This document shows, one piece after another, positions 33,175-42,846 of a DNA stretch of 64,000 nt (position 1 is its first letter; each line of letters opens with the position of its first letter). Under the pieces are notes generated by a model, which was not told where the DNA came from, searched no databases, and saw only the letters and a program-made list of their open reading frames with translations. The stretch lies in contig JAFVSN010000005.1 in NCBI GenBank assembly GCA_017503735.1, positions 7,628 through 71,627 on the forward strand, written 5' to 3'. Position numbers and translations under genes: made by a program. The DNA comes from Lachnospiraceae bacterium (GTDB lineage Bacteria; Bacillota; Clostridia; Lachnospirales; Lachnospiraceae).

Positions 33175-34593
33175 ATGGAGGACGACAAGAATTTATCGGA
33201 AGAGAAAAAGGATGAAATCACTGGCGAATCCGGAAAAGAGGAGCAAACAACAAACAAAAAGGATACGGACTTTGAAAAATATTGTCAGATGTGCCGCAGA
33301 CCGGAAAGTGTTGTAGGGAAAATGATTCAGCTTCCCAATGATTTTTGTGTTTGCAATGACTGCATGCAAAAGACCCTTGATTCCATGAACAGTAAAAATT
33401 TCCCTTATATGGAACTGCTGACGCTGGACCCGTCCATGTTCCGCATGGGAGGGGACTTTATGAAAATGCCGAAGGTAAAGAAAAAGGCTAAACCGGCGGA
33501 AAAGGAAGAAAAGGAACAGGCACCGGTGCTTGATTTAAAGAATTTGAAAGCTCCTCACAAAATAAAGGCGGAGTTGGACGAATATGTCATCGGACAGGAT
33601 TATGCAAAGAAGGTTATTTCCGTTGCGGTGTACAATCATTATAAGAGGGTTGCGGATAAGAGCAATACCATTGAGTTGGAGAAGTCCAACATGTTGATGT
33701 TGGGACCGACCGGTAGCGGGAAAACCTATCTTGTAAAAACATTGGCAAGATTGTTAAATGTGCCTCTTGCCATTACGGATGCCACGACGCTTACGGAGGC
33801 CGGCTACATCGGCGATGATGTGGAGAGTGTACTTTCCAAGCTTCTGGCTGCTGCGGATAATGATGTGGAACGGGCGGAACACGGTATTATTTTTATTGAT
33901 GAAATCGACAAAATTGCAAAGAAACGTAACACAAACAGCAGGGATGTCAGCGGAGAGTCCGTACAGCAGGGATTGTTAAAGCTATTGGAAGGCAGTGAGG
34001 TGGAAGTGCCGGTGGGTGCCACCAATAAAAATGCCATGGTTCCGATGACCACCATAAACACAAAGGACATTTTGTTTATTTGCGGCGGTGCATTTCCGGA
34101 ATTGGAAAAAGTAATTAAAAAACGGTTAAATAAGACGGCTATGATTGGGTTCGGCTCCGAATTAAAGGATAAATATGATGAAGATAAAAAGTTGCTTTCC
34201 AAGGTGACGGTAGAAGATTTGCGGGAATATGGTATGATTCCGGAATTTTTGGGACGTCTTCCGGTTGTATTTGCCTTACAGGGTTTGGAAAAAGAGCAGT
34301 TGATTCAAGTGTTAAAGGAACCGAAAAATGCGATTTTAAAGCAGTATGAGCATTTATTATCCCTGGATGAAGTAAAGCTGGTATTTGATGAGGATGCTCT
34401 GGATGCCATCGCGGAACGGGCGTTGGAGAAAGATACGGGGGCCCGTGCATTGCGTGCGATTTTGGAAGAAATCATGCTGGATATTATGTACGAGATTCCG
34501 AAGGATGATACCATCGGAAAAGTGACCATTACAGGGGATTATGTAAGAGGTTGCGGCGGCCCGGTGATTGAAATGCGCGGTTCGGAAAAATAA
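33175..34593 (+). CDS. clpX: ClpX-type AAA+ unfoldase with an acidic N-terminal extension
   Basis: Zinc ribbon CQMC...CNDC, Walker A GPTGSGKT, Walker B IIFIDEIDK, an IGF loop (AMIGFGS) and sensor-2 GARALR. About 35 extra residues precede the zinc ribbon. Confidence 0.85.
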   Translation: MEDDKNLSEEKKDEITGESGKEEQTTNKKDTDFEKYCQMCRRPESVVGKMIQLPNDFCVCNDCMQKTLDSMNSKNFPYMELLTLDPSMFRMGGDFMKMPKVKKKAKPAEKEEKEQAPVLDLKNLKAPHKIKAELDEYVIGQDYAKKVISVAVYNHYKRVADKSNTIELEKSNMLMLGPTGSGKTYLVKTLARLLNVPLAITDATTLTEAGYIGDDVESVLSKLLAAADNDVERAEHGIIFIDEIDKIAKKRNTNSRDVSGESVQQGLLKLLEGSEVEVPVGATNKNAMVPMTTINTKDILFICGGAFPELEKVIKKRLNKTAMIGFGSELKDKYDEDKKLLSKVTVEDLREYGMIPEFLGRLPVVFALQGLEKEQLIQVLKEPKNAILKQYEHLLSLDEVKLVFDEDALDAIAERALEKDTGARALRAILEEIMLDIMYEIPKDDTIGKVTITGDYVRGCGGPVIEMRGSEK

Positions 34594-34668
34594 AGGGAAT
34601 GAAACGGTAAAATATGGAAATACTCCTCGTAGAAGCTTACATATGTAAGGAAGAGAGGAGTATTTTTT

Positions 34669-35427
34669 ATGCACGTTTCATGGAAACCGAATCAAAAACA
34701 GAAGAAAATACTGGGAGGACTGGCGGCTGTATTGGTTTTGGCGGTGGCATTCCGTGTGATTACGGAACGGGCTTTTTTTGCTCAGGCAAGTATTGAAGGG
34801 GCATTTTCGACGTTGAAACCGGAGAAAAGTGAAGGGACGGTTACATTAACCGGAAGATATTTGCCGCCTCCTTACGGATTTTCCGAGGAAAAGTTGTTGA
34901 AACATTTTGCAGAAAAAATCGGTCTTACGGTGGATGGGGAACTTAGGGAAGTACAGTATACCGGACGGACAGAATATGTTTATGAGAAAGTGGCGGCGGA
35001 GGCACATTCCGTGATAAAAGTGGTATATTTGACAGCGGAAGAAGCGTACTATTTGTGTGCAAAAATCAGCCTGACCGGAAAGAATGCAACGGGAGTCGCT
35101 TCGTTTCAAAAAGGACTGAAGGCGGTGGCGGAGGAGCTTTCCCTGGAAGAAGTTGCGACAACATTGGAATTGTGCGGAAGCTATACCGGAGAACTCCCAC
35201 TTGCAATCAAGGATACGTTTACGGATGATTTGCTGCAGGAACTCTACGCGCAACCGGTTTATGAGAACCGGGAAAACGCTAACTATACGGTATACGCATA
35301 CACCGGTGCGGTAGAGGAATATCTTGTGGTGGAAAAACAAAAGATTAATGTGCAGGTGGCGATATATTATGATCGTGTAACGGATTGTACCGAGGTGGTA
35401 CTGGCTTCCCCCATCGGATTACGGTAA
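34669..35427 (+). CDS. Membrane-anchored protein, possibly YwmB (DUF1779) family
   Basis: An N-terminal TM helix and a C-terminal KINVQVAIYYDRVTDCTEVVLASPIG resembling the YwmB-family end. This is a recalled pattern only. Confidence 0.4.
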   Translation: MHVSWKPNQKQKKILGGLAAVLVLAVAFRVITERAFFAQASIEGAFSTLKPEKSEGTVTLTGRYLPPPYGFSEEKLLKHFAEKIGLTVDGELREVQYTGRTEYVYEKVAAEAHSVIKVVYLTAEEAYYLCAKISLTGKNATGVASFQKGLKAVAEELSLEEVATTLELCGSYTGELPLAIKDTFTDDLLQELYAQPVYENRENANYTVYAYTGAVEEYLVVEKQKINVQVAIYYDRVTDCTEVVLASPIGLR

Positions 35428-35843
35428 TGCCGGCGTTTGACGCACAGCAGTTCCGATAAAACGATGTCTGTTAAAAGCTGTAACCAAAAAATGGGACAGC
35501 CTTCTCCTAAGAATTCCTCGGTAAGTCCTTGGTTTTCATGTAAGATACGGTCCCGCAACAGATGAAGGGATAAGTAGTCCGGATAAGCATCGTAGAGAAA
35601 AGTCTGTTTCGAATAGGTGTCTAAATGTGTATCAACGGCGGAATAAAGGCGTTGTAATAGGATAGGATGACGATGTGAAAGATAACTGACATCGTCATTT
35701 TTTTGTAGAACAGACAATCCTGCGGTGGGAGTGGTCCGGTTTATATAAACCGGGGGCCTCACGGGAAAAGTCTCTCCTTGTGACGGATAAAAACGACGAT
35801 TCGGTTCGGTTGTCATCGGTGTAGACGGAGTAGGTTCCGGCAT
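35367..35843 (-). CDS. Hypothetical protein
   Basis: An ORF of 158 aa with a Pro-rich N-terminus. Its last 20 codons overlap the 3' end of the convergent gene. I recognise no family. Confidence 0.3.
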   Translation of the reverse strand: MPEPTPSTPMTTEPNRRFYPSQGETFPVRPPVYINRTTPTAGLSVLQKNDDVSYLSHRHPILLQRLYSAVDTHLDTYSKQTFLYDAYPDYLSLHLLRDRILHENQGLTEEFLGEGCPIFWLQLLTDIVLSELLCVKRRHYRNPMGEASTTSVQSVTRS

Positions 35844-35973
35844 AGTTGTTCCTGCCTTAAAAAGATGTTGTTATATTATATGACGGCGGATGAAAAAGGT
35901 GCGGGATAGTATTGAAATTCGGCTAAAATATGCTATACTGAAAAGTGGATAAGTTTGCGAGAAAGGAACGGAA

Positions 35974-37149
35974 ATGGAACAGACGGTAAAGGAAGCGGTT
36001 ACAAAGAGTTTTGAAGAGGGATTACAACGGCTGGTGTTAAGCAATGCACCGAAAACGGCAGAACTTTCTAAAGTAAAAGTTCATCCGGTGGTAATCGGCG
36101 GAAAACAACAATATCAAATGGAAGAATATCGCGGAACGCAGGTGTTTCATTTGAACTGTTCGGAGACCGAAGCGGCGGAACGGGTGACTTCCTGGTTAAA
36201 CGACGGCTGTTTTAAACAGGCAGAGCTTTTGTCGGTGTTTCATCAAAGAACCGTACTGATCGGAAAAAAAGGAACAGCTACCGTGAAGTGCAAAAAGCGT
36301 CAGGAGGGGACTTCGGTAGTAATGCCGAGAGAACATAACCGGAAAAAACGGTATTTGTTGGAAGAAGGAACTGCGGTCCCGTTTTTGGTGGATTTGGGCG
36401 TGATGACCAAAGAGGGGGTTGTGGTGAAAGCAAAGTATGATAAGTTTCGCCAGATCAACCGTTTCTTGGAGTTTGTGGAGGATATTTTGCCGGCACTTCC
36501 GAAGAATCGGGAACTTACCATATTGGATTTCGGTTGCGGAAAGTCATATCTGACCTTTGCACTGTATCATTATCTGTGCACGTTACAGGAATATGATGTG
36601 CGGATTGTGGGTTTGGACTTAAAAAAAGATGTGATTGCCCATTGCAGCCGATTGGCAAAAGAGTACGGCTACGAAAAACTGGAGTTTTTGTGTGGGGACA
36701 TCGCCGGATATAACGGAATGGATACGGTTGACATGGTGGTGACACTACATGCCTGCGATACGGCAACGGATTATGCACTCTATAAAGCGGTGCGTTGGAA
36801 TGCATCGGTAATTCTTTCGGTGCCTTGCTGTCAGCATGAATGGAATCGTCAGATGGAATGTAAACCGTTGCAGTCGTTTTTGCAATACGGAATTGTTAAG
36901 GAACGGATGTCTGCTTTGATGACGGATGCGTTCCGGGCAAATGTAATGGAGGCCTGCGGTTATAAAACGCAGTTGCTGGAATTTATTGATATGGAACATA
37001 CGCCGAAGAACATTTTGTTGCGGGCGGTGAAAAAGGAAAGAAAAGAAAGGGAGCAGTTGGCGGAATGCGTAGAACAAAGCGTGAAGGAGATTCTTGCTTA
37101 TTGCAATACGGAGCCGACGCTTTATCGTTTGTTGACGGAGAAAGAATAG
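35974..37149 (+). CDS. Class I SAM-dependent methyltransferase
   Basis: Motif I ILDFGCGKSYL, with a post-I acidic residue (VGLDL). Confidence 0.7.
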   Translation: MEQTVKEAVTKSFEEGLQRLVLSNAPKTAELSKVKVHPVVIGGKQQYQMEEYRGTQVFHLNCSETEAAERVTSWLNDGCFKQAELLSVFHQRTVLIGKKGTATVKCKKRQEGTSVVMPREHNRKKRYLLEEGTAVPFLVDLGVMTKEGVVVKAKYDKFRQINRFLEFVEDILPALPKNRELTILDFGCGKSYLTFALYHYLCTLQEYDVRIVGLDLKKDVIAHCSRLAKEYGYEKLEFLCGDIAGYNGMDTVDMVVTLHACDTATDYALYKAVRWNASVILSVPCCQHEWNRQMECKPLQSFLQYGIVKERMSALMTDAFRANVMEACGYKTQLLEFIDMEHTPKNILLRAVKKERKEREQLAECVEQSVKEILAYCNTEPTLYRLLTEKE

Positions 37150-37150
37150 G

Positions 37151-39679
37151 ATGAAACGAGTTTATCAGATAATCTACCTGGCGGTGGTTTTTTTCGGGGC
37201 GGTTTTCTTTTTCGGAAGCCGTATGGGAGAAACACTGTTTGCGGGCGGAAAGGAAACGGTCCAGTCGGGAGAGGCGGTGTTCCCGACAGTATCGGTGCTT
37301 ACATGCGGAGAGGAATTGAACTGCCTTTACGGGTATAGTTCCAATCTGGAGACAATACTGAACAGGGAAGATATGATTCCCGTCGGACCGGATGGGATCT
37401 TTGAATTAAAAATAAAAGAATACGATACGGATGTTCGTAGATTGAAATATGAGGTCTTGGACGTTTCCAGTGAAGCGGAAGTGGATTCCGGGACAATCAA
37501 TGCATTTGAAAAACAGGATGGATGTAAAATTGCCCGGATTAAGTTAAAAACCGATTTGAAGGATAAAACGGAGTATGCGGTTAAGGCGACCTTGATCAGC
37601 AATACGGGAAAGCGAATCTATTATTATTTCCGGTTGAAACAGTATGAGACACCGTATTTGACGGAAAAACTGGATTTTATCCGTGGGTTTGTGGAAAATT
37701 CCGTGAGTGAAAATGCTGCGGAAAACGAAAAAATCATTCCGTATTTGGAAACAAAGGCGGGAATCGTTACCGATAGTTTTCACTATGTGAATATATATGA
37801 CAGCTATCGGACCGTGGCATGGGGAACGCTTGCTCCGAAGATGGTAACGGAACCGCTGGTGTCCGTGACGGAATTTTACGATGAAATCATGACAGCGGTG
37901 GTACGGTACGGTGTGACCATCGATGTGGGATATGGCGAAGAATACTATTTCGTGGAAGAATTTTTCCGTATCCGCTATTTGGGGGATGTGGTGCATTTGC
38001 TGAACTTTGAGCGATACACGGAATCCTTATTTGATGCTACCCGTTCCAGTCTGTCACAAAGTGATTTAAAGATTGGAATTACTTCACCGGATCAGATGGA
38101 GCTTTATCCGAATTCGGATCACACGGTGGTGGCGTTTCTTCGGAACGGTTCTCTTTATAGCTACAGTATGGTAGACAATGCGATTACCACGGTGTTCTCC
38201 GGAGCACACAGTTCCATGGAGCGCATGTTGGGGCAACAGAAGTTGTATGACATCCGGGTGCTGAAGGTAAAAGACAGCGGTGATATTACGTTTTTGGTCA
38301 GCGGATATATGAACCGCGGGGCATATGAAGGCAGAGTCGGATTGTTTGTGTACCGCTATTATGAGGAAGAACAAAGGCTGGAAGAATTGATTTATGTTCC
38401 GGTCAATACCACCTATCAGATTTTGAAGGAGGAATTGGGCGGGTTTGCATATCTGAGCGATTATGATGTGTTCTATTTTATGGTAAATCGCAGCATCTAT
38501 GAGTATAACATGGTTACGGAAGAACTGAAGGAACTTGCCGGAGATGTCCGGGAGAGCGGTTATGTATATTCCGTGAATGAACGATATGTGGCTTATCAGG
38601 AACATGAGTATTCCGATTTTGTAACCATATTGTTCCCGGAATCGGGAGAACGTACGATAGTGAAAGCAGAAGAGGGAGAGTATATTCGTCTGCTGGGGAA
38701 ATCGGAAGATAATCTGGTATATGGGTACGGAAAAAATGAAGATTTGTATGTGAATGAAGACGGAAGAACCGTCTATGCCATGGATAAGGTACAGATACGA
38801 AGTGCTTCCGGAGAACTGATGAAAGAATACCGAAAAGAAGGATATTATGTGGAAAATGCGGAAGTCTCCGGAAATGTAATCCGCTTGATGCGACTTGCAA
38901 AAACGGAGGAAGGAAGATACGAGAGCGCATCGGATGATTATATCCTGAATTTGGAGAAAACGGAAACCGAGAAGATAACGTTGTCGAAACGTGTGACAGA
39001 CCGGTTGCTGACGGAGTATTACATTTCTTTCCCGCAGGCATTCGTGATGGAAGAGTTACCGAAGGAAGGAACCGCACTGTATGCGGTGGTAGAAAAGGAT
39101 ACCACGCTTCGGGTAAATGAATTGGATAATGACGGAGAAAGGTATTATACCTATTATTACGGTTTGATTGACGGAATCTACGACAATGCAGGGGATGCGA
39201 TTCTGGCAGCAGACGAGAAAGTAGGAACAGTAATTAACGCAGAAGGAAAAATTGTGTGGGAGCGCGGTGTGAAGTCCAATGCCGCATCTGTACAGAATAT
39301 TACCGGAGTCAAGGCAGGTAAGGATAAGAGTACAATACAGGCAGCGGTACAGATGATGACATCTTTTAAGGGGGGAACGGCAGAACCGTCCGCAGAAGAA
39401 CTGAACCGGCCGCTGCAGCAGGTTATCGGGGAGACTACGGGGGCAGACACCGTGGTATTAACCGGGGCCACATTGGATGAAGTATTGTATTTTGTCTGGA
39501 AAGGACAACCGATACTGGCAATGACACAGCCGGGGGTTGCGGTGGTGATTACCGGTTACAACACAAGAGAAGTCACCTATTACAGTCCGGAGCAGGGACG
39601 TAACGTAACAGTGGAAAAAGCCCGGGCGGAAGCTCTGTTTGAAGAAGGCGGGCAGATTTTCATCAGTTATTTATATTAA
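37151..39679 (+). CDS. Large (842 aa) membrane-anchored protein of unknown function
   Basis: It starts 1 nt after the methyltransferase stop. An N-terminal TM helix, IIYLAVVFFGAVFFFG, precedes a long extracytoplasmic region with no motif I can name. Confidence 0.5.
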   Translation: MKRVYQIIYLAVVFFGAVFFFGSRMGETLFAGGKETVQSGEAVFPTVSVLTCGEELNCLYGYSSNLETILNREDMIPVGPDGIFELKIKEYDTDVRRLKYEVLDVSSEAEVDSGTINAFEKQDGCKIARIKLKTDLKDKTEYAVKATLISNTGKRIYYYFRLKQYETPYLTEKLDFIRGFVENSVSENAAENEKIIPYLETKAGIVTDSFHYVNIYDSYRTVAWGTLAPKMVTEPLVSVTEFYDEIMTAVVRYGVTIDVGYGEEYYFVEEFFRIRYLGDVVHLLNFERYTESLFDATRSSLSQSDLKIGITSPDQMELYPNSDHTVVAFLRNGSLYSYSMVDNAITTVFSGAHSSMERMLGQQKLYDIRVLKVKDSGDITFLVSGYMNRGAYEGRVGLFVYRYYEEEQRLEELIYVPVNTTYQILKEELGGFAYLSDYDVFYFMVNRSIYEYNMVTEELKELAGDVRESGYVYSVNERYVAYQEHEYSDFVTILFPESGERTIVKAEEGEYIRLLGKSEDNLVYGYGKNEDLYVNEDGRTVYAMDKVQIRSASGELMKEYRKEGYYVENAEVSGNVIRLMRLAKTEEGRYESASDDYILNLEKTETEKITLSKRVTDRLLTEYYISFPQAFVMEELPKEGTALYAVVEKDTTLRVNELDNDGERYYTYYYGLIDGIYDNAGDAILAADEKVGTVINAEGKIVWERGVKSNAASVQNITGVKAGKDKSTIQAAVQMMTSFKGGTAEPSAEELNRPLQQVIGETTGADTVVLTGATLDEVLYFVWKGQPILAMTQPGVAVVITGYNTREVTYYSPEQGRNVTVEKARAEALFEEGGQIFISYLY

Positions 39680-39715
39680 AAGAAAAGCGCACAAGGGCGC
39701 GGAAAAGAGGAGATT

Positions 39716-40732
39716 ATGAAAGTCATTTCGGCAGTGATACCGTGTTATAATTCGGAAGCGTACATGGAGAAAGCAATTCAAAGCTTGTTGTCCGGTGGGG
39801 ACGATATGGAAATTATTATTGTGGATGACGGTTCTTCGGACCGCACGCTTGAAATCGCCAAACAATACGAAGCGCAATATCCGGGGATTATCCGGGCGGT
39901 ACACAAAGAGAACGGCGGACACGGGGATGCAGTAATGACCGGTCTTTCTTATGCGGAAGGGGTATATTTTAAAGTTGTGGACAGCGATGACTGGGTAAAA
40001 GAAAGTGCGCTGGCTGAAATTTTAGATACTTTGCGGGAATTACTGAAACAGGGAACCGCACCGGATATGCTGGTAGCCAATTATGTTTATGAAAAAGTGG
40101 GGGAAGCAAAGAAAAAAGTGATTCAGTATCGCAGTGCGTTGCCGAGACAACAGGTGTTTACCTGGGCCGATACGGGACATTTCCATCAGGGACAGTATAT
40201 TTTGATGCATTCGGTGATGTACCGGACCGCTCTTTTGCGGGAGTGTGGATTAAGCCTTCCGAAGCACACGTTTTATGTTGATAACATTTTTGTTTATCAG
40301 CCGTTGCCGTCGGTAAAATCCATGTATTATATCGATGTGAATTTGTACCGTTATTTTATCGGTCGGGATGACCAGTCGGTAACGGAAGCAAATATGATTA
40401 AGAGAATCGACCAACAGTTGCGTGTGACAAAGATTATGATTGAAGCACATGATGTGTGGAAAATTAAGGAGAAGCGTCTGCGTAACTATATGATAAAGTA
40501 TTTATGCATTATGATGACGATTTCTTCGATTTATCTGTTAAAGAGCGGAACGGAAGAGAATTTGTTAAAGAAACAGGAACTCTGGGAATATTTAAAGGCG
40601 TATGATAAAAAGCTGTATAACAAGATCAGCAGAACTATTTTAGGAAAATCCTCCAAAGCAGACAGCAAGGCCGGACAGGGAGTCTTTAAAATCGGTTATG
40701 AAGTGGCACGGAAAATATTTAAGTTTAATTAA
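39716..40732 (+). CDS. Family 2 glycosyltransferase
   Basis: VISAVIPCYNSEAYMEKAIQSLL...IIIVDDGSSDRT...DSDD are GT-A/GT2 signatures. Confidence 0.8.
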   Translation: MKVISAVIPCYNSEAYMEKAIQSLLSGGDDMEIIIVDDGSSDRTLEIAKQYEAQYPGIIRAVHKENGGHGDAVMTGLSYAEGVYFKVVDSDDWVKESALAEILDTLRELLKQGTAPDMLVANYVYEKVGEAKKKVIQYRSALPRQQVFTWADTGHFHQGQYILMHSVMYRTALLRECGLSLPKHTFYVDNIFVYQPLPSVKSMYYIDVNLYRYFIGRDDQSVTEANMIKRIDQQLRVTKIMIEAHDVWKIKEKRLRNYMIKYLCIMMTISSIYLLKSGTEENLLKKQELWEYLKAYDKKLYNKISRTILGKSSKADSKAGQGVFKIGYEVARKIFKFN

Positions 40733-41397
40733 ATTTGACGGGTGGCTGTCTCGGTAGGCTGTGATCTTTTTGGAAGAAGATGACGGTAAAACACCGGGAC
40801 AGTAACCAAAAATAATGCAATTGCGCAAAAAACATCAATCACAGAATGTTGCTTTAAAAATACGGTGGATAAACAAATCAATACCGTAAGGGTCAGTGTG
40901 GCGATTTTTAACAGGTGTTTCTTCTTCATGTGGGAGGATGCAAAAAAAGCAAAACATACCGCAAGAGAATTATACACATGGATGCTCGGACAAACATTTG
41001 TGGAAGTGTCTGCCTGATGTAACACGCGGATAAGATCAATAAAAACATTTTCCCGACCCAATGTTGATAAATCCGGGCGGAGGGTGATGCCGTTAGGAAA
41101 AATCGTGGAAACGATTAAAAATACGGTCATACCGGAGATCAGTACGCCGCAAAGGCGGTAATATTCCGTTTTGTCCCGAAAAATAAAATACAGAACAGAG
41201 ATTGCGATAAACGGAAACCATAACAAATAAGGGAGAATAAAATATTCATTGAACGGGATAAAAGAATCCAGAGAGGATTCAATCACATAGAAGTGTTCCG
41301 TAACATGCTGTTCTAATAAAAAAAACCAAAGGAGATAGAATGGCAGATAGGCGAAAATCAGTATGCCGTGACGGTATTTTTTTAAAAAACGCAACAT
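40729..41397 (-). CDS. PAP2-superfamily membrane phosphatase-like protein
   Basis: Polytopic membrane protein with a PSIHV motif. RBS GGAGGGGAG precedes ATG 41397. Its stop overlaps the GT2 stop in TTAA. Confidence 0.55.
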   Translation of the reverse strand: MLRFLKKYRHGILIFAYLPFYLLWFFLLEQHVTEHFYVIESSLDSFIPFNEYFILPYLLWFPFIAISVLYFIFRDKTEYYRLCGVLISGMTVFLIVSTIFPNGITLRPDLSTLGRENVFIDLIRVLHQADTSTNVCPSIHVYNSLAVCFAFFASSHMKKKHLLKIATLTLTVLICLSTVFLKQHSVIDVFCAIALFLVTVPVFYRHLLPKRSQPTETATRQI

Positions 41398-41579
41398 AGA
41401 CTCCCCTCCTTCTTTGCATGATAGAACGCAAGTTGTTTCATAAAACATCGATAAGTATTGTAGCATATATTTTTTGGGGAAACAAGACAACAGATAAAAA
41501 TTTCGAAAATCTTTATAATTGCATAAAGTAATCTCTTTAAGCAAAAACTAGAAGAAGGAAAAACAGAACGGAGGTTATT

Positions 41580-42752
41580 ATGGGAAGAAGGGTATTTTTG
41601 GTTGTATTGGATAGTGTGGGCATCGGTGCATTGCCGGATGCGGAATTGTACGGAGATGAGGGGAGCAATACGTTGGCGTCGGCAGCAGGCAGCAAGGGCT
41701 TTTCTATGGAACATATGGAAAAACTGGGATTGTTTGATATAGAAGGAGTAAAACACCTGAAAAAAGGCACGGAAAAACCAAAGGGAGTATACGGAAGGAT
41801 GAGGGAAGCCTCCAAAGGAAAAGACACCACCATCGGGCACTGGGAAATTGCGGGAGTTGTATCCGAACGACCGTTGCCGACCTTCCCGGGCGGATTTCCG
41901 CAGGAGTTACTGATTTCTTTTACGGAACGGACCGGGCGAAAGGTGCTTTGCAATAAGCCTTATTCCGGAACGGATGTAATTCGTGACTACGGGAAAGAGC
42001 ATATGGAAACCGGAGCATTAATTGTGTATACTTCCGCAGACAGTGTGTTTCAGATTGCTGCACATGAAGCGGTGGTTCCGGTGGAGGAGTTATATCGTTA
42101 TTGTGAAATCGCAAGAGAACTTTGTCAGGGAGTTTACGGTGTGGGACGTGTAATCGCTCGTCCGTTTGAAGGAGAGTATCCTTTTGTGCGGACGCCGAGA
42201 CGCCATGATTATTCTTTGGTGCCGCCGAAAAGAACCATGCTAAATATTTTGGCCGACAACGGATACGATGTCATCGGAGTGGGAAAAATCAATGATATTT
42301 TTGCCGGGAGCGGGATTACGGAATTTGTAAGAACCTCGGGAAACGAAGACGGAATCGAGCAGATGATTTCCTATGCGGAACGGGATTTTAACGGCTTGTG
42401 TTTTGTAAATCTGGTTGATTTTGATATGAAGTACGGTCATCGTAACGATGTGGAGGGATACGGAGCCGCATTATCCTATTTTGATGCGCAGCTTCCACGA
42501 TTGTTGGAACGCTTAAAAGAGGGAGATTTGTTGATTATAACGGCAGATCATGGCTGTGATCCTGCGACACCGTCTACAGATCATTCCAGAGAGTATGTTC
42601 CGCTTATTGTGACGGGCCCCGGAATTAAAAAAGGGGTAGATTTGGGGACCAGAGACTGTTTCGCGGATACCGGAGCGACGGTGCTTGATTGGTTCGGTAT
42701 TTTCGGAGGAATCGAAGGTTCTTCCTATCGGGCGGAACTTGTGGAAGAATAA
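41580..42752 (+). CDS. deoB: Phosphopentomutase
   Basis: VFLVVLDSVGIGALPDAELYGDEGSNTL, TADHGCDP and the overall length of 390 aa are typical of DeoB. Confidence 0.9.
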   Translation: MGRRVFLVVLDSVGIGALPDAELYGDEGSNTLASAAGSKGFSMEHMEKLGLFDIEGVKHLKKGTEKPKGVYGRMREASKGKDTTIGHWEIAGVVSERPLPTFPGGFPQELLISFTERTGRKVLCNKPYSGTDVIRDYGKEHMETGALIVYTSADSVFQIAAHEAVVPVEELYRYCEIARELCQGVYGVGRVIARPFEGEYPFVRTPRRHDYSLVPPKRTMLNILADNGYDVIGVGKINDIFAGSGITEFVRTSGNEDGIEQMISYAERDFNGLCFVNLVDFDMKYGHRNDVEGYGAALSYFDAQLPRLLERLKEGDLLIITADHGCDPATPSTDHSREYVPLIVTGPGIKKGVDLGTRDCFADTGATVLDWFGIFGGIEGSSYRAELVEE

Positions 42753-42846
42753 GAAAACGATCGAGAAAGCAAAGGAAAATTTATCCCCTTGTCACAGAGA
42801 AGGGAATGCGATACAATAAAGAAAAAACGTGGAAGGGGAGACCGGA

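Noticed and set aside
41382-41953. Two minus-strand ORFs (138 and 152 aa) overlapping the PAP2 start region and the deoB 5' end
   Set aside because: deoB is unambiguous on the + strand. PAP2 homology and the RBS support ATG 41397 as the start, so the longer upstream frames are spurious.
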